Shown piece by piece: positions 13,212-28,413 of a stretch of 64,000 bases of DNA. The stretch is from NCBI RefSeq assembly GCF_009914755.1, contig NC_060930.1. One strand, given 5' to 3'. This DNA is from the human T2T-CHM13v2.0 reference genome, Homo sapiens. The notes beneath the pieces are model-generated. The model saw only the letters and a list, made by a program, of their open reading frames with translations. It was not told where the DNA came from and ran no database searches. Both the position numbers and the translations under genes were made by a program. Positions within the stretch are counted from its first letter, which is position 1. The number at the start of each line of letters is the position of its first letter.

Positions 13212-14237
13212 ATTTATCCACTCGTTGGTTGATGGGAATTTAGGTTGATTCCATACCTTTGCAACTGTGAATTGTGCCATGATAAACATATGTGTGCAGG
13301 TGTCTTTTTGATATAATTAGTTATTTTCCTTTGCATAGATGCCCAGTAGTGGGATTGCTAGATTAAATGGTAGATCTACTTTTAGTTCTTTGAGAAATCT
13401 CCATACTGTTTTCCATAGAGGTTGTGCTAATTTAAATTCCCACCAGCAGCAGAGTATAAGCATTCTCTTTTCACCACATCTGTGCCAATGTCTTTTATTT
13501 TTTGACTTTTTGATAATGGACATTCTGGCTGGGGTAAGGTGTTGTCTCATTGTGGTTTTAATTTGCATTTCCTTGATGATTAGTGATGAGCATTTTCTCA
13601 TATGTTTGTTGGCCATCTGTATATCTTCTTTTGAGAAATGTATGTTCATGTCCTTTGCCTACTTTTTAATGGGATTATTTGTTTGTTTTTTTCTTGCTGA
13701 TTTGTTTGAGCTCCTTGTAGATTCCAGATGCTAGTCTTTTGTCAGATGCATAATTAGCAAATATTTTCTCCCATTCTGTAGGTTGTCTGTTTATTCTGTT
13801 GATAGTTTCTTTTGGTGTGAAGAAGCTCATTAGTTTAATTCAGTGCCATTTGTCAATTTTTAGTTTTGTTTTATTTGCTTGTAGGGTCTTAGTTATAAAT
13901 TCTTTGCATAGGCCAATGTCTAGAAGAGTTTTTTCTAGGCTTTCTTCTAGAAATTTTCAGGTATTGATTTAAGTCTCTGATCTATGTTTAGTTTATTTTT
14001 GTGTATGGTAAGATATAGGGATCCAGTTTAATTCCCCTACATGTAGTATCCAGTTTTGCCAACACCATTTATTGAATAGGGAGTCCTTTCCCCCCACTGT
14101 ATGTTTTTGTCCACTTTGTTGAAGATCAGATGGTTGTAAGTATTTGGCTTTATTTCTGGGTTTTGTTTTCTGTTCCATTGGTCTATGTATCTACTTTTAT
14201 ACCACTACTATGCTATTTTGGTTACTACAGGCTTGTG

Positions 14238-14291
14238 TTAGGTTGGTGCAAAAATAATTGAGGTTTTTGCATTGCTTTTGCAACAACCTAA
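14238..14291. mobile_element. MADE1 (Hsmar1-derived mariner MITE), internally deleted
   Basis: ttaggttggtgcaaaaataattg...ttttgcaacaacctaa terminal inverted repeats, inserted at an L1 TA site. Confidence 0.9.
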
Positions 14292-15075
14292 TAGTACAAT
14301 TTGAAGTGTAATGTCTTCAGATTTATTCTTTTTGCTTAGGATTGTTTTGGCTATTGGGGTTCTTTTTTTGATTCCATATAAGTTTTAAGATTGTTTTTTC
14401 TTCTAATTCTGTGAAAAATGATGTTGGTATTTTTATAGGAATTGCATTGAATCTATAAATTGCTTTGGGCAGTTACGGCCATTTTCATGATATTGATTTT
14501 TCCAATCCATGAGCATGGGATGTATTTCCATTTGTTCGTGTCATCTATGATTTCTTTCAGCATTGTTTTGTAACTCTCCTTGTAGACATCTTTCACCTCC
14601 TTGGCTAAGTATATTCCTAGGTATTTTATTTTTTTGCAGCTATTGTAAAAGGGATTGAGGTCTTGATTTGATTCTCAGCTTGGTCATTTTGGATGTATAC
14701 CAGTGCTGCTGATTTGTGTGCATTGACTTTGTAACGTGAGACTTTACTGAATTCATTTGTCAAATCTAGGAGTCTTTTGGAGAAATCTTTAGGGTTTTCT
14801 AGGTACACAATAATATCATTGGCAAACAGAGATAGTTTGACTTCCCGTTTTCCAATTTGGATACACTTTATTTATTTCTTTTGACTGATTGCTCTGCCTA
14901 GGACTTCCAGTGCTATATTGAACAGGAGCAGTGAAAGAGGATATCCTTGACTTGCTCCAGTTCTTAGGGGGGATGTTCTCAAACTTTCCCATTCAGTAGA
15001 TGTTGGCCGTGGGTTTGTCATAGATGGCTTTTATTATTTTGAGTTATATTCCTTCTATGCCTCATTTGTTGAGGG

Positions 15076-15399
15076 GTTTTTTTTTGTTTTTTGTTTTTGT
15101 TTTTGTTTTTTTTTTTTTGAGATGCAGTCTCGCTCTGTTGCCCAGGCTGGAGTGCAGTGGTGCGATCTTGGCTCACTGCAAGCTCCACCTCCCGTGCTCA
15201 TGCCATTCTCCCGCCTCAGCCTTCTGAGTAGCTGGGACTACAGGCTCCCACCACCACGCCTGGCTAATTTTTTGTATTTTTAGTAGAGTTGGGGTTTCGT
15301 CATGTTAGCCAGGATGGTCTCGATCTCCTGACCTCGTGATCCACCTGCCTCAGCCTCCCAAAGTGCTGGGATTACAGGCGTGGGCCACCGCACCCGGCC
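15076..15399 (-). mobile_element. AluY
   Basis: cactgcaagctcc, gccattctc and gttagccaggatggtctcgatc diagnostics; TSD ttgttgaggg...ttttt. Confidence 0.95.
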
Positions 15400-17126
15400 T
15401 TGTTGAGGGTTTTTATCATACAGCGATGCTGGATTTTTTTGAATGTTTTTCCTGTGTCTAATGAGATGATCATATGGTTTTAGGTTTTTATTCTGTTTAT
15501 GTGATGTATCATATTTATTGACTTGCATATGTTAAACCATCCCTAGGATGAAACCCACTTGATCATGGTGAATTATCTTTTTGATGTGCTGTTGCATTTG
15601 TTTTGCTAGTATTTTGTTGAAGATTTTGGCATCTATGTTCATCAAGGATATTAGTCTGTAATTTTCTTTTTTATGTCCTTTCCTGGTTGTGCTTTCAGAG
15701 AGACCCTGGCCTATAGAATGAGTTATAGAGGATTCCTTCTTTCTCAATCTTTTGGAATAGTTTCAGTAGGATTAGTACCAATTCTTATTTGAATATCTGG
15801 TAGAATTCCACTGAGAATCCATCTGGCCCTGGGCTTTTACTGTTGTTTGGCAACTTTTTTTTATTACAAATCAGCAGCAGTGCTATACACCAGATTTTTT
15901 ATTACAATATCACTGCTTGTTATTGGTCTGTTCAAGGTTTCTATGTCTTCCTGATTCAAGCTAGGAGGGTTTTATGTTTCTAGGAATTTCTCCATTTCCT
16001 CTAGATTTTCTAGTTTGTGTGCACAGAAGCGTTCATAGTAGTCTCAAATTACCTTTTGTATTTCTGTGGTTTGGTTGTAACGTCTCCATTTTCATTCCTA
16101 ATTAAGCTTATCGGAATCTTCTCTCTTCTTTTCTTGGTTAATCTGGCTAATGGTCTGTTGATTTGGTTTACCTTTTCAAAGAACCAATATTTTGTTCCAT
16201 TCATCTTTTGTATTGTTTTTTGCTGTTTTAATTTCATTTAGTTCTGATCTGATGTTTGTTATTTCTTTTCTTCTGTTAGCTTTGGGCTTGCTTTGTTCTT
16301 ACTTCTCTAGTTCCTTGAGGCGAAATGTTAGGTTGTCAATTAGTGATCTTTCAGACTTTTTGATGTAGGCATTTAGTACTATAAACTTTCCTCTTAGCAC
16401 TGCTTTTGCCGTATCCAAGATTTTGATAACTTGTGTCACTACTACTCATTCTGAATAATTTTTCAATTTCCATCTTGATTTCATTGATAACCCCAAAATC
16501 ATTCAGGAACATATTGTTTAATTTCCAGGTATTTATATAGTTTTGAGGGTCGTTTTGGAGTTGATTTCTAGTTTTATTCCACTGTGGTTGAAAAGATGTT
16601 TGATATTATTTCGATTTTTCTAATGTATTGAGACTTGTTTTGTGACTTATCACATGGTCTATCCTGGAGAATGTTCCATGTGCTGATGAAAAGAATGTAT
16701 ATTCTGCAGTTCTTGAGTAGAATGTTCTATAAATAACTATAGGTCCATTTGCTCTAGAGTGTAGTTTAAGTCAAGTGTTTCTTTGTTGACTTTCTGCCTC
16801 GGTAATCTGTCAAGTACTTTCAGAGGAGTTGAAGTCCCCCACTATTATTGTGTTACTGTTTATCTTTTTACTTAGGTCTAGTAGCAATTGTTTATGAATC
16901 TGGGAGCTCCAGAGTTAGGGTTAAATATTTAGGATTGTAGTATCTTCTTATTGGATTAATCCATTTATTATTATATAATTACCATCTTTGCCTTTTTCAA
17001 CTATTGTTGCTTTAAAGTCTGTGTTATCCAATATAAGAATAGCTACTGCTGCTCACTTTTGGAAACTGCCAACAAAGGAATATTCCCAAACAGTCAAAGC
17101 AAATTAGCCATCATTTGCTCAGATAC

Positions 17127-17151
17127 ATACACACACACACACACACACACA
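17127..17151. repeat. (CA)n microsatellite
   Basis: Direct reading. Confidence 0.9.
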
Positions 17152-17669
17152 AAAACCCTAAGAACCTAACAAAATTTTCAACTTTTCACTGGCCTAATTC
17201 ATACTTAATTTCTTTTTAACTCTTCCATCTAACAGTCTTCTCTCCTAGAGTGAAAAATTAAGATGAATGCAAATATCATCAGCAAACAGTAGAAGGATTG
17301 ATTTGAATTTTTCCTTAATTCCTGTGATTGCTTTCAATTGAGCTATCCACCCTCTTCCCTGTTCTGTAATCAAAAATCAAGTCTCCTAGTGTGACAATAA
17401 AATACCTAGTTGTTAAACTGACCCATGTGGGATTTCAACACTTTACGATTTTTCTTTACCTATGTTTTAATTCACAGTTAAGATTAAAATCTCATAATGT
17501 GTTGCACATGACTTCACCCGTTCTGGTCCCATCAGCACCCCCACAACCTTCAAACCTCCACTCTCACGCCCAGCTATTAGATGCAAGGCATATGTTTGAG
17601 ATGGGAATGTAAACCTGAAACGGCAAAACACCTTAGAATTAACCCAGCGCCCAGCCCTTTCTCACTTGA

Positions 17670-18050
17670 GTTAATTTGCATCCATGAACAATTAAGCCAA
17701 CAAGGTATATTTTTTTGTTTACATGAGCATCCTGGCTATTGCAAGTAAGTTCTGCATCATAGTTAACCACTTCCCGGAAAGTAAATTTCTCCCTCAACTT
17801 CTCTGTGACTTTCACGGCCAGTTACAAGAACCCTAACTAGATGATAATCCATTCACCAAAAGTCAGTGAATTGTCACTGTAAGTGGTATAAATGGCAAGT
17901 TTGCAATCTACTAGGATAGGTGTCATGCAGTCTCCACACTTAACCAAAATATAGATGCTCTGTGCTAGTCAGGGGCATGGCTGACTCACTGCGTGGAGGA
18001 TGCAGATGAGTCACTTGTGAAATCCAAAATATCACCAATGCAAATGACTC
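17670..18050. promoter_or_regulatory. Candidate enhancer (motif cluster in repeat-free DNA)
   Basis: Octamer at 17674 and 18038; forkhead TGTTTAC 17716; GAS TTCCCGGAA 17771; AP-1 TGACTCA 17982 and TGAGTCA 18007. Motif evidence only. Confidence 0.35.
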
Positions 18051-18348
18051 TGTCTAGTGATGTTTTTCCAATCTGCCAACTCAGTTATAACACTGGGAGT
18101 ATTGCCGATTTCCTGTGTGGCTCTGTTTTCCTGCCTGAAAACAATAAAAATATCCAAGTCATTTCTAGGCAGACTGACCTGGGTCTTTTTTAATGTTACT
18201 CCAAGACCATAAACGGAAAGAACTTTAAGAAAAGGGGTGCTACTCTAGTTCTTAGGACTATAAAAGTTGTTGTTTCTCATGATCTTTACATAAGCATATG
18301 ACTTCCTAAAGAGTTTAATCAAAAAAAAAAAAAAAAAGAAAAAAAAAG

Positions 18349-18747
<399 letters not shown>

Positions 18748-19267
18748 TTATTTTAAAGGAGGACATAGTGGACTAGGGTTCATCTTGACAATAAGTTCTA
18801 GTTAACAGTCCTCTTGCCTACCTTCGGAATAAACTTGTTCTTCTGACTTAACTTTGCCAAAATAAACACAGACATATGGAACTCATTCCTGATGCTTTAT
18901 TGGCAGGCTACCATGTTTCCCTCCTTAGAGAAAGTCAGAGCAGGGATAGGTGTCCTCAACCTTCATCCTCTAAGAAAAGCGTAAGAGTGAGGCAGTTCAG
19001 TTACAAAAGTGTAATTAATGTCATTAAACTACTGTTGGGAAAATGATTATGCCTTGAATTTAGAGGTGACCTCCCTGTAGGGATTTGCAAAGGAAAAATC
19101 CTCACCCTCACATTGTCTTACTCATCCTGACAGCACCTCCTGTGAGACAGGGAGACAATCTGCTTTGCTCTATGTGGCCTCTCCAGGAAAGCACACACAT
19201 TTAATTTACCATGCTCAGATGCTTCTCCTAGAGGTCCTGTCTTCTTCCTCCCTCCCTGGGATGTACG

Positions 19268-19449
19268 CAGGGCCAGTTTTATGACCATATGACCTGTATA
19301 GCTACACAGGGTTCCACATTTAGAAGGGCCCCATGCTTGGTTTCATTCTCTGATGTCACTCCCTTGAAACTCTTCATAATTTTTGAACAAGTGGTCACGC
19401 ATTTTTATTTTACACTGTACCCTACAAACTAGATAACCAACCAGCCCTA
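19268..19449 (+). mobile_element. MER45A (hAT-Tip100)
   Basis: cagggccag...agaagggccccatgcttggttt...cttgaaactcttcataatttttgaacaag...ccagccct. Confidence 0.8.
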
Positions 19450-19548
19450 GATACAGATTTATTGAGCTGAACGTGGAATGTGAATGAGGAAGCATTATAC
19501 CAAGCAGACTGTACCTTGTCATCTCTGCAGGAATTGTGTACCCCAGAG

Positions 19549-19860
19549 GTGTAGTAGTCATTAGAGCTGTTCACCAAATATTTTGGGTTCTCCTTCCAGA
19601 CACAGGTAAGTTTGAACTAAAACTTGTTTTGGTCTCTAAAATGAAGAAGAAATGATTATGTCACCTCTGAGCAAAAAGTTTCAAAGCCAGTACTCCATTT
19701 GCCACATTCTCTTTCTCCTGCCTTGGCAGTCAAAAGACAGAGCCCCCAGACAACCTGTAACCAAAATGTTCTGTGAACAAGAAATAGACCCTGGTGATTT
19801 TAAGCCACTGAGATTGTAGGGCTCTTTTGTCCTCTAACTTAGCCCATCCTGATGGGTACA
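19549..19860 (+). mobile_element. MLT1I/J-like solo LTR
   Basis: tgtagtagtcattagagctgttcaccaaata...ttttaagccactgagattgtaggg...ttagcccatcctga. Confidence 0.65.
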
Positions 19861-20529
19861 CAGGGTTATAAACTCAGATTCCAGAGCATTCTTTGAGATG
19901 CTTAAACACTCATGCAGGAAGCTGTGAAGAAGCAGCAAAGCAAATGGCAATATCAGCTCTGGGAATGGGGAAGAAGGCTTCTACACAAAGATATGAGGGC
20001 ATTAGAAGAAGCCTAGTGGCCATTGTATAACTTGTTTAGTCTAATTATTCACCACCGAACCACAGAAAATATGGCATTAGCACAGTGCATATGCAATGGT
20101 CTCAACAGCAAATAAATCTGTATCAGAGAAAAAACATTGATTAAATTTGTATATCCTTCCATCCCTGCCATTTTGTTTCTCAAATACTCAGCAAGCACAC
20201 ATTGCTTCTTTTAAGAGATAAAAAGGGGGGGCAAGATAAAAATGACAGTAAAGACCCCAAGAAACATTATCAGTTCTCCGGAGGTTGACTAGTGAAGTTC
20301 AGCAGACATGCAATATTTTAATAAAATGTTTGGTAAGCTTGGGAGATGTAACAGCTTAAAATAAAAATTCAACCTATCTTATAATTGTCTCTCTCATAAG
20401 CAAGAAATCAAGGTCAATGTGAATTTACAGTAGCCCCTGGAACAGCTCTGTTAAGAAGGGTCTCATCCTGCCTGCAAGTTGGAACAGCTGCTGTGTTCTT
20501 TTATTCATGACCAAATGTTTCCAGAATGA

Positions 20530-21590
20530 TTAAACTGGCATTGTAAATGTGCGGCCTATATCAGCTGAGTGACAAGGATTAAGTGAGATTCAGATTAAAA
20601 TGCTAAGTGAGTTTGTACCAAGATCAAGCCAGATATATAGTTAACACTAAGAAAATACATGCCAAAGAAAAAGTATAAAACAACCACCTAGAGGAAACCT
20701 CAGAATAACAAACTGTAACAGAGAATGTCTTGAATGGCAAGTAAGTCAGTAGGGGCTGAATTACACTTTTGAAAGCACAATCGCTGGGCAATATTTTGGA
20801 AAAAAACACAAAGCCAAACAAACAGCTTGGCCATCATATATATTCAGAGGAGGTTTTGTTCAAAAAGAAGGTTGCAATTATAATGTCCATTTTATTGATA
20901 CAATAAATGTTGATAGAGAAATTTCAGGACAAAATATAAGTTGGAAACCAAAAATTACCATAAGAACTGCTAGATTTATGACTGAAAAAAATAGGAAAAT
21001 GCTTTGAGTCATGTAGAGCTTTTCTCCCCCACAAAGAAATCCACAATTGAAAGCCAAAATGAACGAAAATGTATTATTTATGAAACAACAGTTTGGACAA
21101 ATAGTTACATTTGTTGCAACAAGTAGAATTTTTAAAAGCACCATTAGAAAAGAAATCTGAACCAGGCTCGGTAGCTCATGCCTGTAATCCCAGCACTTTG
21201 GGAGGCCAAGGCAGATGGATCACCTGAGGTCAGGAGTTCGAGACCAGCCTGGCCAACATGGTAAAACCCCGTTTTTACTAAAAATACAAAAATTAGCCAG
21301 GCATGGTGGAGGGCACCTGTAATCCCAGCTACTTGGGAGGCTGAGGCAGGAGAATCACTTGAACTGGGAGGCGGAGGTTGCAGTGAGCCGAGATCGTGCC
21401 ACTGCACTCCAGCCTGGGCAACAGAGTGAGACTCCCTCTCAAAAAAGAAAAGAAAAGAAAAGAAATCTGTAATCACTATATATGAGTAATGTATTAAAAT
21501 CTTGTGGAGTAATTAAATAGAAATAAAATCGCATAGCCTTTGATGATGACAGTGATCTGAGACACTGATTAATAAATACAATATTTGAAT
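20530..21590 (+). mobile_element. Possible ancient RTE-like/L4 LINE endonuclease relic, interrupted by an Alu
   Basis: Degenerate ordered motifs on + strand (NVR; GFV; LKAKM; GQIVTFVATSRIFKST; DDSDLR) resemble an AP-endonuclease domain; many stops. Confidence 0.35.
21160..21455 (+). mobile_element. Alu (AluSx-like)
   Basis: Dimeric Alu; TSD agaaaagaaatctg. Confidence 0.95.
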
Positions 21591-22007
21591 TGACACCCTC
21601 AAGCCTCCCTGTCGATGGTCTTCCAAACCTCTATAAATCAGCTCACGTTCCATAGGACTTAACCCCATTGATCTGCCGTTCTTTGCTGAAACTTGTGTTT
21701 TTGGATTTGCAAAGGGAACAGAAAGGGAACAATAGTTTTACATCCTTAGAATTCCCAGTAGTGGCCTTTTGCCTGTAAATTTCCCAGGTGGCTTCATGAA
21801 AACACTCCTTTCCAGACCCATTAGACACTCCAAGTTTGTCCTCCTATAGGGAGGACTTAATACCATCACTCCTAAAGCTCTCATTGAGGTCAATAGAATG
21901 ATGATAACATTTTTATTTTCAGTGCCAAATAAGTATGAGGAAGTACCCAGGCTAAAGTGAGTGAGAGGCCATAGTACAGCACAGTGATTAAGAACACAGG
22001 CTCAAAG

Positions 22008-22306
22008 GCCAGGCATGGTGGCTCAGGCCTGTAAGCCCAGAACTTTGGGAGGCAAAGGCAGGCAGATCACCTAAGGTTGGGAGTTCGAGACCAGCCTGAC
22101 CGACATGAAGAAACAGCACCTCTACTGAAAATACAAAATTAGCTAGGCGTGGTGGTGCATGCCTGAACTCCCAGCCACTCAGGAGGCTGAGGCGGGAGAA
22201 TCGCTTGAACCTGGGAGGAGGAGGTTGTGGTGAGCTGAGATTGCACTCCAGCCTGGGCAACAAGAGAAAAACTCTGTCTCAAAAAACAAACAAACAAACA
22301 AACAAA
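22008..22306 (+). mobile_element. AluSp-like, inside a MIR, with (AAAC)n tail
   Basis: ggttgggagttcgagaccagcctgacc; MIR start agcacagtgattaagaacacaggctc immediately upstream. Confidence 0.9.
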
Positions 22307-22457
22307 CATGGGCTCGGAATCCAGCCAGCCAGCAATCTCAAATCTGCCTACAGCTCTCATTTTCACATATGTAGCTTGTGGATGGTAATACTACATGACA
22401 CATCATGAACCAAATAATCCTTGTTCACCACCTACAAAGTATCTTGCACATAGAAAG

Positions 22458-22913
22458 TTAGGAATAGGAGCCAAGATGGCCGAACAGGAACAGCTCCGGT
22501 CTACAGCTCCCAGCATGAGTGACACAGAAGACGGGTGATTTCTGCACTTCCATCTGAGGTACCAGGTTCATCTCACTAGGGAGTGCCAGACAGTGGGCAC
22601 AGGACAGTGGGTGCAGCGCACCGTGCACGAGCCGAAGCAGGGCGAGGCATTGCCTCACTCGGGAAGTGCGAGGGGTCAGGGAGTTCCCTTTCCTAGTCAA
22701 AGAAAGGGGTGACAGACAGCACCTGGATAATCGGGTCACTCCCATCCCAATACTGCGCTTTTCTGACGGGCTTAAAAAACGGCACACCAGGAGATTATAT
22801 CCCGCACCTGGCTCCGAGGGTCCTAGGCCCACGGAGTCTCGCTGATTGCTAGCACAGCAGTCTGAGATCAAACTGCAAGGTGGCAGCGAGGCTGGGGGAG
22901 GGGTGCCCGCCAT
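22458..22913 (-). CDS. ORF0: L1 ORF0-like antisense ORF, 151 aa (extended)
   Basis: MAGTPPPASLPPCSLISDCCASNQRDSVG matches primate ORF0; ATG in gcaATGg context; expression unknown. Confidence 0.6.
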   Translation of the reverse strand: MAGTPPPASLPPCSLISDCCASNQRDSVGLGPSEPGAGYNLLVCRFLSPSEKRSIGMGVTRLSRCCLSPLSLTRKGNSLTPRTSRVRQCLALLRLVHGALHPLSCAHCLALPSEMNLVPQMEVQKSPVFCVTHAGSCRPELFLFGHLGSYS

Positions 22914-23505
22914 TGCCCAGGCTTGCTTAGGTAAACAAAGCAGCCAGGAAGCTCGAACTGGGTGGAGCCCACCACAGCTCAAGGAGGCTTTTTAGCACTG
23001 AATGCTTCTGTAGGCTCCACCTCTGGGGGCAGGGCACAGACAAACAAAAAGACAGCAGTAACCTCTGCAGACTTAAATGTCCCCGTCTGACAGCTTTGAA
23101 GAGAGCAGTGGTTCTCCCAGCACGCAGCTGGAGATCTGAGAACGGGCAGACTGCCTCCTCAAGTGGGTGCCTGACCCCTGACCCCCGAGCAGCCTAACTG
23201 GGAGGCACCCTGTAGCAGGGGCAGACTGATACCTCACACGGCCAGGTACTCCTCTGAGACAAAACTTCCAGAGGAACGATCAGACAGCAGTATTTGCCAT
23301 TCACGAAAATCCGCTGTTCTGCAGCCACCGCTGCTGGTACCCAGGCAAACAGGGTCTGGAGTGGACCTCTAGCAAACTCCAACAGACCTGCAGCTGAGGG
23401 TCCTGTCTGTTAGAAGGAAAACTAACAAACAGAAAGGACAGCCACACCAAAAACCCATCTGTACATCACCATCATCAAAGACCAAAAGTAGATAAAACCA
23501 CAAAG
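22466..23505. promoter_or_regulatory. L1 5'UTR with sense and antisense promoters; YY1 site 22473-22482
   Basis: aagatggccg YY1 motif; relatively CpG-rich; established L1 architecture. Confidence 0.8.
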
Positions 23506-24522
23506 ATGGGGAAAAAACAGAGCAGAAAAACTGGAAACTCTAAAAAGCAGAGCGCCTCTCCTCCTCCAAAGGAACGCAGCTCCTCACCAGCAATGGAACA
23601 AAGCTGGATGGAGAATGACTTTGACAAGTTGAGAGAAGAAGGCTTCAGATGATCAAACTACTCTGAGCTACAGGAGGAAATTCAAACCAAAGGCAAAGAA
23701 GTTGAAAACTTTGAAAAAAATTCAGATGAATGTATAACTAGAATAACCAATACAGAGAAGTGCTTAAAGGAGCTGATGGAACTGAAAGCCTAGGCTTGAG
23801 AACTATGTGAAGAATGCAGAAGCCTCAGGAGCCGATGCGATCAACTGGAAGAAAGGGTATCAGTGATGGAAGATGAAATGAATGAAATGAAGCGAGAAGG
23901 GAAGTTTAGAGAAAAGAGAATAAAAAGAAATGAACAAAGCCTCCAAGAAATATGGGACTATGTGAAAAGACCAAATCTGCGTCTGATTGGTGTACCTGAA
24001 TGTGACGGGGAGAATGGAACCAAGTTGGAAAACACTCTGCAGGATATTATCCAAGAGAACTTCCCCAATCTAGCAAGGCAGGCCAACATTCAGATTCAGG
24101 AAATACAGAGAACGCCACAAAGATACTCCTCGAGAAGAGCAACTCCAAGACACATAATTGTCAGATTCACCAAAGTTGAAATGAAGGAAAAAATGTTAAG
24201 GGCAGCCAGAGAGAAAGGTCGGGTTCCCCACAAAGGGAAGCCCATCAGACTAACAGCAGATCTCTCGGCAGAAACTCTACAAGCCAGAAGAGAGTGGGGG
24301 CCAATATTCAACATTCTTAAAGAAAAGAATTTTCAACCCAGAATTTCATATCCAGCCAAACTAAGCTTCATAAGTGAAGGAGAAATAAAATCCTTTACAG
24401 ACAAGCAAATGCTGAGAGATTTTGTCACCATCAGGCCTGCCCTAAAAGAGCTCCTGAAGGAAGCACTAAATGTGGAAAGGAACAACTGATACCAGCCACT
24501 GAAAAATCATGCCAAATGGTAA
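23506..24522 (+). pseudogene. L1 ORF1p, disrupted
   Basis: 338-codon frame starting MGKKQSRK; in-frame stops at 23650, 23791, 23797 and 24487. Confidence 0.95.
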
Positions 24523-24570
24523 AGACCATCGATGCTAGGAAGAAACTGCATCAACTAATGAGCAAAATAA

Positions 24571-28413
<3,843 letters not shown>

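Larger units (their letters stand above)
13127..17061 (-). mobile_element. L1PB-type ORF2/3' fragment with nested (TG)n, MADE1 and AluY
   Basis: Minus-strand ORFs match ORF2 (13317-13649 [14 protein letters not shown]...[13 protein letters not shown]; 14626-14808 YLENPKD; 15532-15747 [15 protein letters not shown]; 16049-16237). Confidence 0.92.
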
